Positions 17,573 to 25,597 of a stretch of DNA of 32,000 nt are shown here, in pieces (position 1 is the stretch's first letter; the number at the start of each line of letters is the position of its first letter). Under the pieces are notes generated by a model. That model saw only the letters and a list, made by a program, of their open reading frames with translations. It was not told where the DNA came from and ran no database searches. Source of the stretch: Synechococcus sp. A15-28 (lineage in GTDB: Bacteria > Cyanobacteriota > Cyanobacteriia > PCC-6307 > Cyanobiaceae); assembly GCF_014280175.1 (NCBI RefSeq), contig NZ_CP047931.1, forward strand, positions 270,001 to 302,000, written 5' to 3'. Made by a program: the position numbers and the translations under genes.

Positions 17573-20410
17573 TCAGAGGGGCAGTTCGCTGTCGTCTTCG
17601 AGGAACCAGTCCGCAGGGGTGTAAGGCACGAAGGGCACGCCGCTGCCATCGAAGTTGAAGTCGTTCAGCCGGAAGCGGACGCCGCCGATGCCTTCGTAGG
17701 GATTGAAGTAAACGCCAACGTCATAACTGCGCCGTTGCCAACGCAGTTCAATGTTGGAGTTGATCACATCTCCGTAGTACTCCGATCCTGAATCGACGTT
17801 CACGTTGACACCGGTGCTGAGCAGCAGAGGACCGACGATCTGCTGCGTGATCCCGAAACCGAGCGTGCCGAAGTCAACAATCCGGTCGAATTCAAACGGG
17901 CTGGCGCCATTGCGGAGGGTGCCGCCACCGATGACGGACAACTGAGTGAAATCGAGGAAGGGTTTGCTGAACGTGCCAAGGGTCAGCGTCGGGCCACCGC
18001 TGAAGCTGATGGTTTCTTGATGGTCGCCTGCTCCGTAGAGCGCCACGGTGCTGTTCACATTGGTGGTCAGGCTGACGCCGGGTACAACAGCGACCGGGGA
18101 GTAGCGATAGGCGGCCAGAGGGCTGAGTTCGGCCGTGGATCCGCGCCAGAGGGGGATGGTGCTGGTCAGAGAGGCGAAGAGACTGCCGCGTCCGGATCGC
18201 AGCTTGCGGTTGCTGTCAAACCGTTCGGCGTAGTAGTCGCCCATGGCTCCACGGAAGAGATAGCGATGCTGGGTGTTGCCCTGCTCGAATTCGCCTTTCT
18301 TCTCGCCGTAGACGCCATAGGCCGCTTGGATATCGGTTTCACCGAGGGATCCATTCCAGGTGCGGTAGCGGTATGTGCCGAAGACGTTGGTGGTGACCTC
18401 CCCCAGGGCTCCAAGCTCGAAACTGCGCTCGATGCTTCCCCAATAGCGGCTGTTATCGAGAAAGTCATCGCCGCTGAAGCTGCTGATGTCCGCTTCGGCT
18501 CTGACTTTGGTGTCGGCGTAGCGACCGATCAGCTTCGCTTCGAGACCAAACAAGTCGCCAGGGTCGACGTCGCTGCCGCCATCGACGGCGCGCTGCACCA
18601 TCACCTGGGGTTGAAGGCTGAGTTCGGTATCCGTACCGAAGTTGATCGGTTTGAGGTTGCGGCCGACGAACAGGCCATCCCTGTCGTCATTGTCGACACC
18701 GAACACCCAGCGATTTTCAACCTCCTCTTCCTTCTGGACCAGTTGCCGGCGGCTGACGGGCACAGGCAGACGCTCTTCAACGATCAGCCGGTTTCGCCGC
18801 GCTGAGATCAGCAGATCTCCATTTGGTTGTTCCCGAGCCACCACATCTTCCGCATCGACTCTGGTCTGTGCCGGCGTGAATGGGTCATTGCTGAAGCCCA
18901 TCCTGTCGGCACGCCAGCCATTGGCCGTGATCTGCACCCGGGCAGCCTGAACCCGCCAACGACTGATCGTGCCATTGATCAATTGCTTGTTGCCCAGTCG
19001 CTTGAGCTGAGGCACCTTCACAACACCGAAGCGGTTCTCTTCACGGACACTGGAATTGAGCCGTCGCACGGGTACACCGCTGCGTCGTTCGATCGAAAGT
19101 GTCCCCTGAAAGTCGACGTCATCGATCCGTTGGTCGATTTCAGCGATGGCCTGGCTGCGTCGCCTCTGCTGTTCAGCGGGAGAGAGTGGCGATGCCGTCG
19201 GTTCTGGTGTTGGCGGTACGTGTGAGACGGCTTCGCCCCCATCCCCGAGAGCCGTGGACTCCAGCCGCTGACTCAGGGTGGTGGCGTTGACCCTTTGATG
19301 GCGTTCGGGATCCGGGCAGCCCAGAGGGGGCACCATGGATGTGCCAACAGGTTCCGGTCGATCCTGACCCCAGCGGTAGCGCAGTCCGAGCAGGTAAGCA
19401 TTGCTGCCCTCTGTCACGCCGCTGTAGGTGCCGAAGGCTCCGGACCGGTGGTGGATCCGTCCCACGAGTGACACATCGGATGACACCGCTGCTTCCACCT
19501 CGAAGCCGAGGTAATTCAGCAGCTTGGTGTAGTTCTCTCGGAAGGTCTTCTCATACAGGCTGTAGTCGCTGTTGTAACTGATGCCTTCGATAACGCTGAA
19601 GCTCAGCCAGGGCTGCACCCACAACCGGGCTCCGATGCCAAAGATCCCTTCCCCGAAACTCTGGGCAGGAAGATCGGCGTAGGGCTTGTTCTGATTGAAC
19701 TCTCCCCCAGGCTGTTGTTTGGCGATGTGGCTGAACAGGTCGGCTTCGAGCTCCACGGCCAGAGGTCCGGCGCGGAGGATCCGCTTTTGCAGGCCAACGC
19801 CCAGCACCGCCTCCGGGCGTATGGTGCCGTTGAGGAGGAAGGTGTCGCCGAATGGGGCATCGATCATCTGGCCGCCCCAGGCGGTGACGGCCCAGGGTTG
19901 CGGATGCCAGTCCGGAACAGGCGGCAGCAAGGGGGGGCAGGCCATGGGCGCCAGCTCAGATGGCGTTGTGGGCGCCTCCGCAACGCTGAAGACCCCTTGC
20001 ATGTCATCCAGGTCTATGACGCCATAAACGTCATCGAGTTCACCCTCGTTGTGGATCAGGCTGTAGCGCAACGCGGATGCCTGAAACAGCTGGGAGTTGC
20101 GGGAGAGACGAACGGATCCCCGCGCAAACAACGTTTGGAATCCTGAATCAAATTCCACCCGGTCGGCCGCGAGCTGGCTTGAACCGAGTTGCACTCGAAC
20201 ATTTCCCTCAGCGATTGTGACGTTGCGACGAACGTCGTAGCGCTGGCGATCAGCGAAGAGCTTTAAACGCTGGGGCGGTTGAGGAGCAGGACGTTCAGCT
20301 GTTCGATCCTCTGAAATGTCCTCTGCGACTGCAGGACTCACGCATAGATCTGCACTGGACCCCAGCAACAAGAGTCCGCTGACCATTCGTGCAAGGCGCT
20401 CAGTCGCCAA
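17573..20410 (-). CDS. Large outer-membrane LptD/OstA-like protein
   Basis: 945 aa. A signal-like N-terminus is followed by an OstA/LptA-like segment (LFADRQRYDVRRNVTIAEGNVRVQLGSSQLAADRVEF...). A long region with alternating, aromatic-rich beta-strand-like pattern ends in ...F. The track start is TTG at 20410. ATG at 20386 (MVSGLLLLG...) is an alternative. Confidence 0.75.
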   Translation of the reverse strand: MATERLARMVSGLLLLGSSADLCVSPAVAEDISEDRTAERPAPQPPQRLKLFADRQRYDVRRNVTIAEGNVRVQLGSSQLAADRVEFDSGFQTLFARGSVRLSRNSQLFQASALRYSLIHNEGELDDVYGVIDLDDMQGVFSVAEAPTTPSELAPMACPPLLPPVPDWHPQPWAVTAWGGQMIDAPFGDTFLLNGTIRPEAVLGVGLQKRILRAGPLAVELEADLFSHIAKQQPGGEFNQNKPYADLPAQSFGEGIFGIGARLWVQPWLSFSVIEGISYNSDYSLYEKTFRENYTKLLNYLGFEVEAAVSSDVSLVGRIHHRSGAFGTYSGVTEGSNAYLLGLRYRWGQDRPEPVGTSMVPPLGCPDPERHQRVNATTLSQRLESTALGDGGEAVSHVPPTPEPTASPLSPAEQQRRRSQAIAEIDQRIDDVDFQGTLSIERRSGVPVRRLNSSVREENRFGVVKVPQLKRLGNKQLINGTISRWRVQAARVQITANGWRADRMGFSNDPFTPAQTRVDAEDVVAREQPNGDLLISARRNRLIVEERLPVPVSRRQLVQKEEEVENRWVFGVDNDDRDGLFVGRNLKPINFGTDTELSLQPQVMVQRAVDGGSDVDPGDLFGLEAKLIGRYADTKVRAEADISSFSGDDFLDNSRYWGSIERSFELGALGEVTTNVFGTYRYRTWNGSLGETDIQAAYGVYGEKKGEFEQGNTQHRYLFRGAMGDYYAERFDSNRKLRSGRGSLFASLTSTIPLWRGSTAELSPLAAYRYSPVAVVPGVSLTTNVNSTVALYGAGDHQETISFSGGPTLTLGTFSKPFLDFTQLSVIGGGTLRNGASPFEFDRIVDFGTLGFGITQQIVGPLLLSTGVNVNVDSGSEYYGDVINSNIELRWQRRSYDVGVYFNPYEGIGGVRFRLNDFNFDGSGVPFVPYTPADWFLEDDSELPL

Positions 20411-20507
20411 TGACTTTCATCAATGGGCTGCGATCCTGACAGCTCAGGAGAGCCTTCAAACAAGCAGCGGACCAGTCAACAGCGCGGACCGGTCACCCGT
20501 TGGACCA

Positions 20508-20627
20508 TCAGTCTTCGAGATCTTTTCGGCTGGGTGTCCGGCTGGGATCGCTCGCCAGGAAACCGAAGACGAAAATACCGATGAAGAAGAAGACAACCGA
20601 GTAAACGGAGATCTTGAGGGCGAGCAT
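20508..20627 (-). CDS. psbI: Photosystem II reaction centre protein I
   Basis: Hand translation; the gene is too short for the ORF track. [39 protein letters not shown] (39 aa) closely matches the PsbI pattern MLTLK.FVY.VV.FF..LF.FGFLSNDP.RNP. Confidence 0.9.
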   Translation of the reverse strand: MLALKISVYSVVFFFIGIFVFGFLASDPSRTPSRKDLED

Positions 20628-20648
20628 GGAGACCGACCGTCATCTTTG

Positions 20649-20677
20649 ATTGCATCAGCATCCTATGGGGAATGTCA
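20649..20677 (-). promoter_or_regulatory. Candidate psbI promoter (TGACAT-N17-TGCAAT)
   Basis: On the minus strand, TGACAT is the complement of 20672-20677 and TGCAAT is the complement of 20649-20654. The -10 box ends 21 nt upstream of the psbI ATG. The element overlaps the 5' end of the divergent mannosidase ORF. Confidence 0.3.
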
Positions 20678-23652
20678 GCGCTACCCGGGGCGACACCCCC
20701 CCTCAGGCCGTCCGAACGGAGTGGATTGAAACGTTTCGCAGCCGCTCTCGCAGGGATTTGCGTTCCGGCTGGCGGCGGTCCGGTGCGCTTGGGTGCGACC
20801 CGTTCATCCTCGAGTCCTGGGGACAGAACAACCGTCCTGACTGGGCTGCACGCGGACTGCTGATCTGGCCCAGGGGGCGGCAGTGGCTGCGGCTGGAACA
20901 GACCGTGGTTCGGCCGGAGGCCTGGCCGGGGCCAGGCCAGCACAGGGTTCGGTTGTGTCTGAGCTGGTGGGCGGAGTCGGCACGCCTCTGGGTTGATGGA
21001 CTGTTGGTGCATCAAGGCGATCTGTTTGACACCGCCTGTCGCTGGACGCTGCCGGAGGTGTTTCTGGCAGGAGAAGAGCTGAGGATCCAGCTGGAGCTCT
21101 GCAGCCCCCTGCATGACGACGGGGCCCTGATCAGCAGTTGCCTGGATCTTGAACCCAACCGTCCCGGCGAGGATTCGGCAGGGGTGCTGTTGCCGGAAGC
21201 GCTGCACCTGCACCTGGCGGCAGGGGGTGACTTGCCGCCTGGCTGGGAGCGGATGGATCCCAACGGTGATGCAGCCCTCAAGGCTGTTGCGCAGCAGGTG
21301 ATGGCGGAGCCCATAAACCAGGGTTCCGTGCATTGGTTCGGCCATGCCCATCTGGATCTGGCCTGGCTTTGGCCAGTCGCGGACACCTGGCAAGCGGCGG
21401 AGCGCACGTTCCGTTCTGCTCTCGAGCTGATGAAGCGTTGGCCTGATCTTCGTTTCGCCCACTCCACACCGGCGCTTTATGCCTGGATGGAACAGCACAG
21501 ACCTGAACTGTTTTCAGCGATCCGTACGGCCAGTCGGGCCGGTCGCTGGGAACCGCTCAACGGCCCCTGGGTGGAGAGTGACTGTGTGCTGTTGAGCACG
21601 GCATCGCTGTGGCAGCAGTTCGCGATCGGTCAGGCGTACAGCCGGGCCACATTCCCTGAGTGGCGGCATCACCTGGCCTGGCTGCCGGACAGCTTCGGGT
21701 TCTCAGCCGGTCTCCCCGCCGTTGCAAAGGCCACCGGTGTGCGTTGGTTCTGCACCCACAAGCTGGCTTGGAATGCCGCCAACCCATTCCCCCATCGGTT
21801 GTTCCGCTGGCGCGGGCGGGGAGGAGAGGAATTGATGAGCCTGATGCTCCCCCCGATCGGACGTCGCGGCGATCCACTGGACATGCTGAAGGAACAGCGC
21901 CAGTGGCAGAAGCGCAGCGGTGTCTCAGAGCTCCTCTGGATTCCGGGGGTTGGCGACCACGGAGGCGGGCCCACGGAGGAGATGCTGGAGCAGATGCAGC
22001 TCTGGGATTCGGAAGCTTCGGCGCTGCCGCGGCGAGACGGCTCTCTTCGGGAGTACCTCGACAGGCTGGAGCCCCTGGCTGGGCAGTTGCCGGTCTGGCG
22101 GGATGAGTTGTATCTCGAGCTCCACCGCGGCTGTGCTACCAGTCGCCCGGATCAGAAGCGTCACAACCGCAGCCTGGAACGGCTGTTGCGGGAAAGCGAC
22201 ACCGTGGCTGCACTTCTCGCCCTGGCAGGCCGCTCGACGCTTGGTCCGGATTGGCGCCTGCTGTTGTTTCAGCAGTTTCACGACATCCTCCCGGGGACGT
22301 CCATCCCGGAGGTGTTCGAACAGGCGGAACCGATTTGGCGGCGGGCCCGCCGCCAGGCCAGTGATCAGCGCGATCAAGGCCTGCGTCAGGTGCTGGATGT
22401 TGAACCTGGATCCGCTGACGGCACCACCTGGTTGTGGATGGGTTGGCAGCCTCTGGCCCGCTGGTCACCGCTGCTGAGGTTGCCGCGTGGCTCCTGGCGC
22501 TGCGGTGGCCCTGCCCTGCCCCTGCAGCACAGCGTGCAGGGAGGGACGTGGGTGCAGCTGCCCCTGCAGCGCGGGACTTGCTCAGTGGCCCTGGCCAGGG
22601 GGCCTGCGGAGGTGGGGGAGATGGCGCCCCGACATCCGGTCAGCGTCAAGCGACTCTCGCCTGAGATCTGGCGTGTCAGCAACGGTCTGGTGGAGCTGGA
22701 TTGCTCGTCCCTGGGGCTGTTGCAGCTGAGGGATGCCCAGGGGATTGATCAGCTCATGGCACCACTGCGTCCGTGCCGCTACCGGGATCGGGGTGAGTTC
22801 TGGGATGCCTGGGACATCGCTGCGGATTACCGAGAGCATCCATTGGAGATCAAGCCAATCGAAGCGGTTCAGCTGCTCGAGTCGGGGCCGCTGGTGGCCC
22901 AACTGGTGGTGAGATATCAGCTGGGCAGCAGCTGCATGCGCCTGGACCTGCGCCTCAAAGCGGACTGTCCCTGGTTGGAATTGATGGTGTCGGTGGATTG
23001 GCGTCAGCGCCATGAACTGCTGCGCCTGGAGTTGCCCCTTGCATTGCCGGCGGTGCGTCTGGCGGCAGACACCAGTGGCGGGGTGATCGAACGACCGGCG
23101 CGTCCGCAGACATGTCGCGAACGCGAACGATGGGAGGTGCCTGCCGTGTCCTGGCTGGCGTCCCAGGCCAAGGCACCCGGCGGGGGCCTCGCTGTTCTTC
23201 TGGACGGTCCGCAGGGGGTGGATGGGGACCAGGATCGGCTGGGTGTTTCGCTACTCCGTAGCGCGACCTGGCCGGATCCTTCGGCGGACCAGGGTCTGCA
23301 GCGAAGTCGCTTGGCGCTGATGCCGTTTCAGGGAAGTTGGGCCCATGCGTCTGTGCCCCAGGCAGCTATCGCATTTCGCGAGCCCGGTTGGCACGGGCCG
23401 ATGAGCACAGCACGGATCCACCCAGCGTTGGGTGGTCACTGCTGGTTCCCAGCCATCCCAGAGCAACTGTGTCCGATTGCCCTGCGTCCCGCCTCCGACG
23501 GCGTTGTGCTGCAGCTGCTCAATCCAGGAGCGTCCCGCTGCCGCTGGACTCCTGGCGGCGGCTGGAGGATCGGCCGCACCGTCGCCGTGGACGACTGGGT
23601 CGAGCTGGCCCCTGGAGAGCTGGCAGAGCTTCGTGTGGCTCAGTCCTCGTGA
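20665..23652 (+). CDS. Glycoside hydrolase family 38 alpha-mannosidase-like protein
   Basis: About 995 aa. The catalytic N-domain pattern is HWFGHAHLDLAWLWP...E.F, with WLPDSFG and GVGDHGGGP. ATG at 20665 is preferred over TTG at 20650. Confidence 0.85.
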   Translation: MGNVSATRGDTPPQAVRTEWIETFRSRSRRDLRSGWRRSGALGCDPFILESWGQNNRPDWAARGLLIWPRGRQWLRLEQTVVRPEAWPGPGQHRVRLCLSWWAESARLWVDGLLVHQGDLFDTACRWTLPEVFLAGEELRIQLELCSPLHDDGALISSCLDLEPNRPGEDSAGVLLPEALHLHLAAGGDLPPGWERMDPNGDAALKAVAQQVMAEPINQGSVHWFGHAHLDLAWLWPVADTWQAAERTFRSALELMKRWPDLRFAHSTPALYAWMEQHRPELFSAIRTASRAGRWEPLNGPWVESDCVLLSTASLWQQFAIGQAYSRATFPEWRHHLAWLPDSFGFSAGLPAVAKATGVRWFCTHKLAWNAANPFPHRLFRWRGRGGEELMSLMLPPIGRRGDPLDMLKEQRQWQKRSGVSELLWIPGVGDHGGGPTEEMLEQMQLWDSEASALPRRDGSLREYLDRLEPLAGQLPVWRDELYLELHRGCATSRPDQKRHNRSLERLLRESDTVAALLALAGRSTLGPDWRLLLFQQFHDILPGTSIPEVFEQAEPIWRRARRQASDQRDQGLRQVLDVEPGSADGTTWLWMGWQPLARWSPLLRLPRGSWRCGGPALPLQHSVQGGTWVQLPLQRGTCSVALARGPAEVGEMAPRHPVSVKRLSPEIWRVSNGLVELDCSSLGLLQLRDAQGIDQLMAPLRPCRYRDRGEFWDAWDIAADYREHPLEIKPIEAVQLLESGPLVAQLVVRYQLGSSCMRLDLRLKADCPWLELMVSVDWRQRHELLRLELPLALPAVRLAADTSGGVIERPARPQTCRERERWEVPAVSWLASQAKAPGGGLAVLLDGPQGVDGDQDRLGVSLLRSATWPDPSADQGLQRSRLALMPFQGSWAHASVPQAAIAFREPGWHGPMSTARIHPALGGHCWFPAIPEQLCPIALRPASDGVVLQLLNPGASRCRWTPGGGWRIGRTVAVDDWVELAPGELAELRVAQSS

Positions 23653-23780
23653 TCGTCGAAGGGATCATCCAGGGCCTTCGACGGTGGACCGAAGGCCTGA
23701 TACACCCCGAAACCGGTCATGCCGAGCAGAACGGCGAGCACTCCGATGGCGACGGAGAGGGCAGGGGACGACGTTTCCAT
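23640..23780 (-). CDS. psbN: Photosystem II protein N
   Basis: Hand translation; not in the ORF track. [46 protein letters not shown] (46 aa) matches the PsbN pattern MET....I.......TG...Y.AFG.PS..L.DPF..H.D. Its 3' end overlaps the mannosidase 3' end by 13 nt. Confidence 0.9.
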   Translation of the reverse strand: METSSPALSVAIGVLAVLLGMTGFGVYQAFGPPSKALDDPFDDHED

Positions 23781-23794
23781 CACATCTCTCGACA

Positions 23795-23821
23795 GGACCA
23801 ACCCCGAACTGGAGTTGGCCC
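23795..23821 (+). ncRNA. Hairpin in the psbN-psbH spacer (candidate psbNH-type RNA motif in the psbH 5' leader)
   Basis: GGACCAAC-cccgaactgga-GTTGGCCC, with 7 of 8 positions paired. It lies 45 nt upstream of the psbH ATG. Confidence 0.35.
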
Positions 23822-23865
23822 CTACAGTATCCAGACTTCAATCCACCCGAGACCCAAGCGTCGCC

Positions 23866-24066
23866 ATGGCTCAACGCACCCGTCTGGGAGACCTTCTCCG
23901 CCCTCTGAACTCCGAGTACGGCAAGGTCGTTCCCGGCTGGGGCACCACACCCGTAATGGGCATTTTCATGGTGCTGTTCCTGGTGTTCCTGCTGGTGATT
24001 CTTCAGCTGTACAACAAGTCGCTGATCCTCGAAGGCATTAACGTCAATTGGAACGGCCTGGGTTGA
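23866..24066 (+). CDS. psbH: Photosystem II phosphoprotein H
   Basis: [66 protein letters not shown] (66 aa) is typical of cyanobacterial PsbH. The internal ATG at 23866 of the longer track ORF is used. Confidence 0.93.
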   Translation: MAQRTRLGDLLRPLNSEYGKVVPGWGTTPVMGIFMVLFLVFLLVILQLYNKSLILEGINVNWNGLG

Positions 24067-24073
24067 TCGATCG

Positions 24074-24307
24074 ATGAACGTTTTCGGCGTCGGCCTCCCC
24101 GAAATGGCGGTGATCGGCGCCGTTGCACTTCTTGTCTTCGGTCCCAAGCGGCTTCCTGAGCTCGGCCGGACCCTTGGCAAGACCCTGAAGGGGTTCCAAT
24201 CCGCTTCCAAGGAATTCGAGCGGGAAATCAATAAAGCGATGGCTGAGCCGGAACAGTTGACGTCTTCGGATGCAGAGGCATCCAGCACGACACCTCCCAA
24301 CGACTGA
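24074..24307 (+). CDS. tatA: Twin-arginine translocase subunit TatA/E
   Basis: MNVFGVGLPEMAVIGAVALLVFGPKRLPELGRTLGKTLKGFQ is the canonical TatA TM helix plus amphipathic helix. Confidence 0.9.
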   Translation: MNVFGVGLPEMAVIGAVALLVFGPKRLPELGRTLGKTLKGFQSASKEFEREINKAMAEPEQLTSSDAEASSTTPPND

Positions 24308-24313
24308 GCCCCG

Positions 24314-24925
24314 ATGGCTGATGTGCTCCGGCTGGTTGTCGGCCTCGGCAATCCAGGTCCGAAGTACGAGGGGACCCGTCACAACATCGGCTTCATGGCC
24401 CTGGAGCGGATGGGCTCCCGCGAAGGCTTCAGTTTCCGTCAGCAGACCAAATTGCATGGTCTGGCGGCGGAGCAAGGGTTCGGTGAGAGCCGGTTGAGGC
24501 TGCTCATGCCTCAGACCTACATGAACGACAGTGGTCGCTCGATTCGAGCAGCCCTCGACTGGTTTGGGTTCACTCCAGAGCAGCTGCTGGTCCTCGTGGA
24601 CGACATGGATCTCCCATTGGGGCGGCTGCGTTTACGCGCCCAGGGCAGTGCGGGAGGGCACAACGGTTTGCGCAGCACAATCCAGCATCTGGGGACGCAG
24701 GCTTTTCCTCGCCTGCGCATCGGCATCGGTGCTCCGGCGGAGAACCCCGTGGAACGTCGGGCGCGCACCGTCTCCCATGTGCTCGGTCCCTTCAGCAAGG
24801 CAGAGCAACCGGACGTGAATGCCGTGCTTGACGCTGTTCTGGAGTCCATTCAGCGGATACAGCGGCAGGGACTGGACCGCGCCGGTAACTGGATCAACGG
24901 CTTTCGTCCCGCGGCGATCGAATGA
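24314..24925 (+). CDS. pth: Peptidyl-tRNA hydrolase
   Basis: LVVGLGNPGPKYEGTRHNIGF, TYMN(D)SG and GGHNGLRS motifs. Confidence 0.95.
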   Translation: MADVLRLVVGLGNPGPKYEGTRHNIGFMALERMGSREGFSFRQQTKLHGLAAEQGFGESRLRLLMPQTYMNDSGRSIRAALDWFGFTPEQLLVLVDDMDLPLGRLRLRAQGSAGGHNGLRSTIQHLGTQAFPRLRIGIGAPAENPVERRARTVSHVLGPFSKAEQPDVNAVLDAVLESIQRIQRQGLDRAGNWINGFRPAAIE

Positions 24926-25179
24926 CAGCGCTTCCTGCCACAACAGCTCACCTGCGGGTTCTACGGCAGTGCTTCAGCGATCAGTGCGTTGAAGGAGAGG
25001 TTTCGGCCGGCGGTTTTGAGTGGTCCTTTCACTGGGCCTTTGATCGGGGTGAACTCACGGTCGAGCCCTCCCTCGGCCGCGCTTTGATCCAGGACGCTTT
25101 GCTGCGCTTCCTGGTGCGGGCTGATTACCGATTGGAGCCTGGTGGCGATTACACCTTCACGGTGCGGGCACGCTTTTGA
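24922..25179 (+). CDS. Conserved hypothetical protein
   Basis: 85-aa ORF translationally coupled to pth (ATGA overlap). No motif recognised. Confidence 0.55.
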   Translation: MTALPATTAHLRVLRQCFSDQCVEGEVSAGGFEWSFHWAFDRGELTVEPSLGRALIQDALLRFLVRADYRLEPGGDYTFTVRARF

Positions 25180-25597
25180 AGGTCGGCCGCGGCTGAGGCC
25201 ATCGGCAACGAGATCCAAGGTGATCCTCCACCATCACCAGAGCCGCCACCGCATCCAGGTCGCCGGGGGGCACGCGCATGCCCCGGGGCAACAGTTTCCT
25301 CCAGCCCCTGGCAGGCCAGAGCTGCCAGTAACGCTCCCGGGCGCGCAGCGTTGTGCCCTGTTCTTCAACGACGTCGACGGATGCCAGCCTCCGCAAGGAT
25401 GGCTGCCATTGTTTCGAGCTGGTGCCGTTCCCCAGCAGGATCAGTCCCACCCCTCCCTGTTTGGACCAGGTTGTCAGCTGATCGATGACGCGCGAGACCG
25501 GCAGCACAACACCCTCGAGGACGAGACGCTGTTCAGGATCCACCAGGACCAGACCGCACTTGGCACGACCGGGGTCCAGTCCCACAAGATGGCTCAT
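25157..25597 (-). CDS. RNase H-fold, Holliday-junction-resolvase-like (YqgF/RuvX-like N-terminal motif) protein
   Basis: 146 aa. The LVGLDPGRAKCGLVLVD N-terminus resembles the acidic first strand of RuvX/RuvC-fold nucleases. The start overlaps the upstream gene's stop (ATGA). Confidence 0.5.
   Translation of the reverse strand: MSHLVGLDPGRAKCGLVLVDPEQRLVLEGVVLPVSRVIDQLTTWSKQGGVGLILLGNGTSSKQWQPSLRRLASVDVVEEQGTTLRARERYWQLWPARGWRKLLPRGMRVPPGDLDAVAALVMVEDHLGSRCRWPQPRPTFKSVPAP

Noticed and set aside
17116-17649. 177-aa and 105-aa minus-strand ORFs opposite the pentapeptide-repeat gene
   Set aside because: Repeat DNA stays open in several frames. The plus frame gives canonical A(D/N)LxG pentapeptides with a signal sequence.
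20467-20506. Short direct repeats GCGGACC (x2), a third GGACC and the palindrome GACCGGTC in the psbI 3' region. GACCGGTC also occurs at 793-800.
   Set aside because: The repeats are very short and within chance expectation for GC-rich sequence. There is no convincing hairpin plus U-tract and no recognisable motif.
20476-21498. 340-aa minus-strand ORF overlapping the psbI region and the mannosidase 5' half
   Set aside because: It is a P/R/Q-rich shadow translation. psbI lies in a different frame within 20508-20627, and the plus strand encodes the GH38 catalytic domain.
23665-24351. 228-aa minus-strand ORF across psbN, psbH and tatA
   Set aside because: It is in a different frame from psbN (23640-23780), which it partly overlaps on the same strand, and antisense to psbH and tatA, both confidently recognised. 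It has no motifs.
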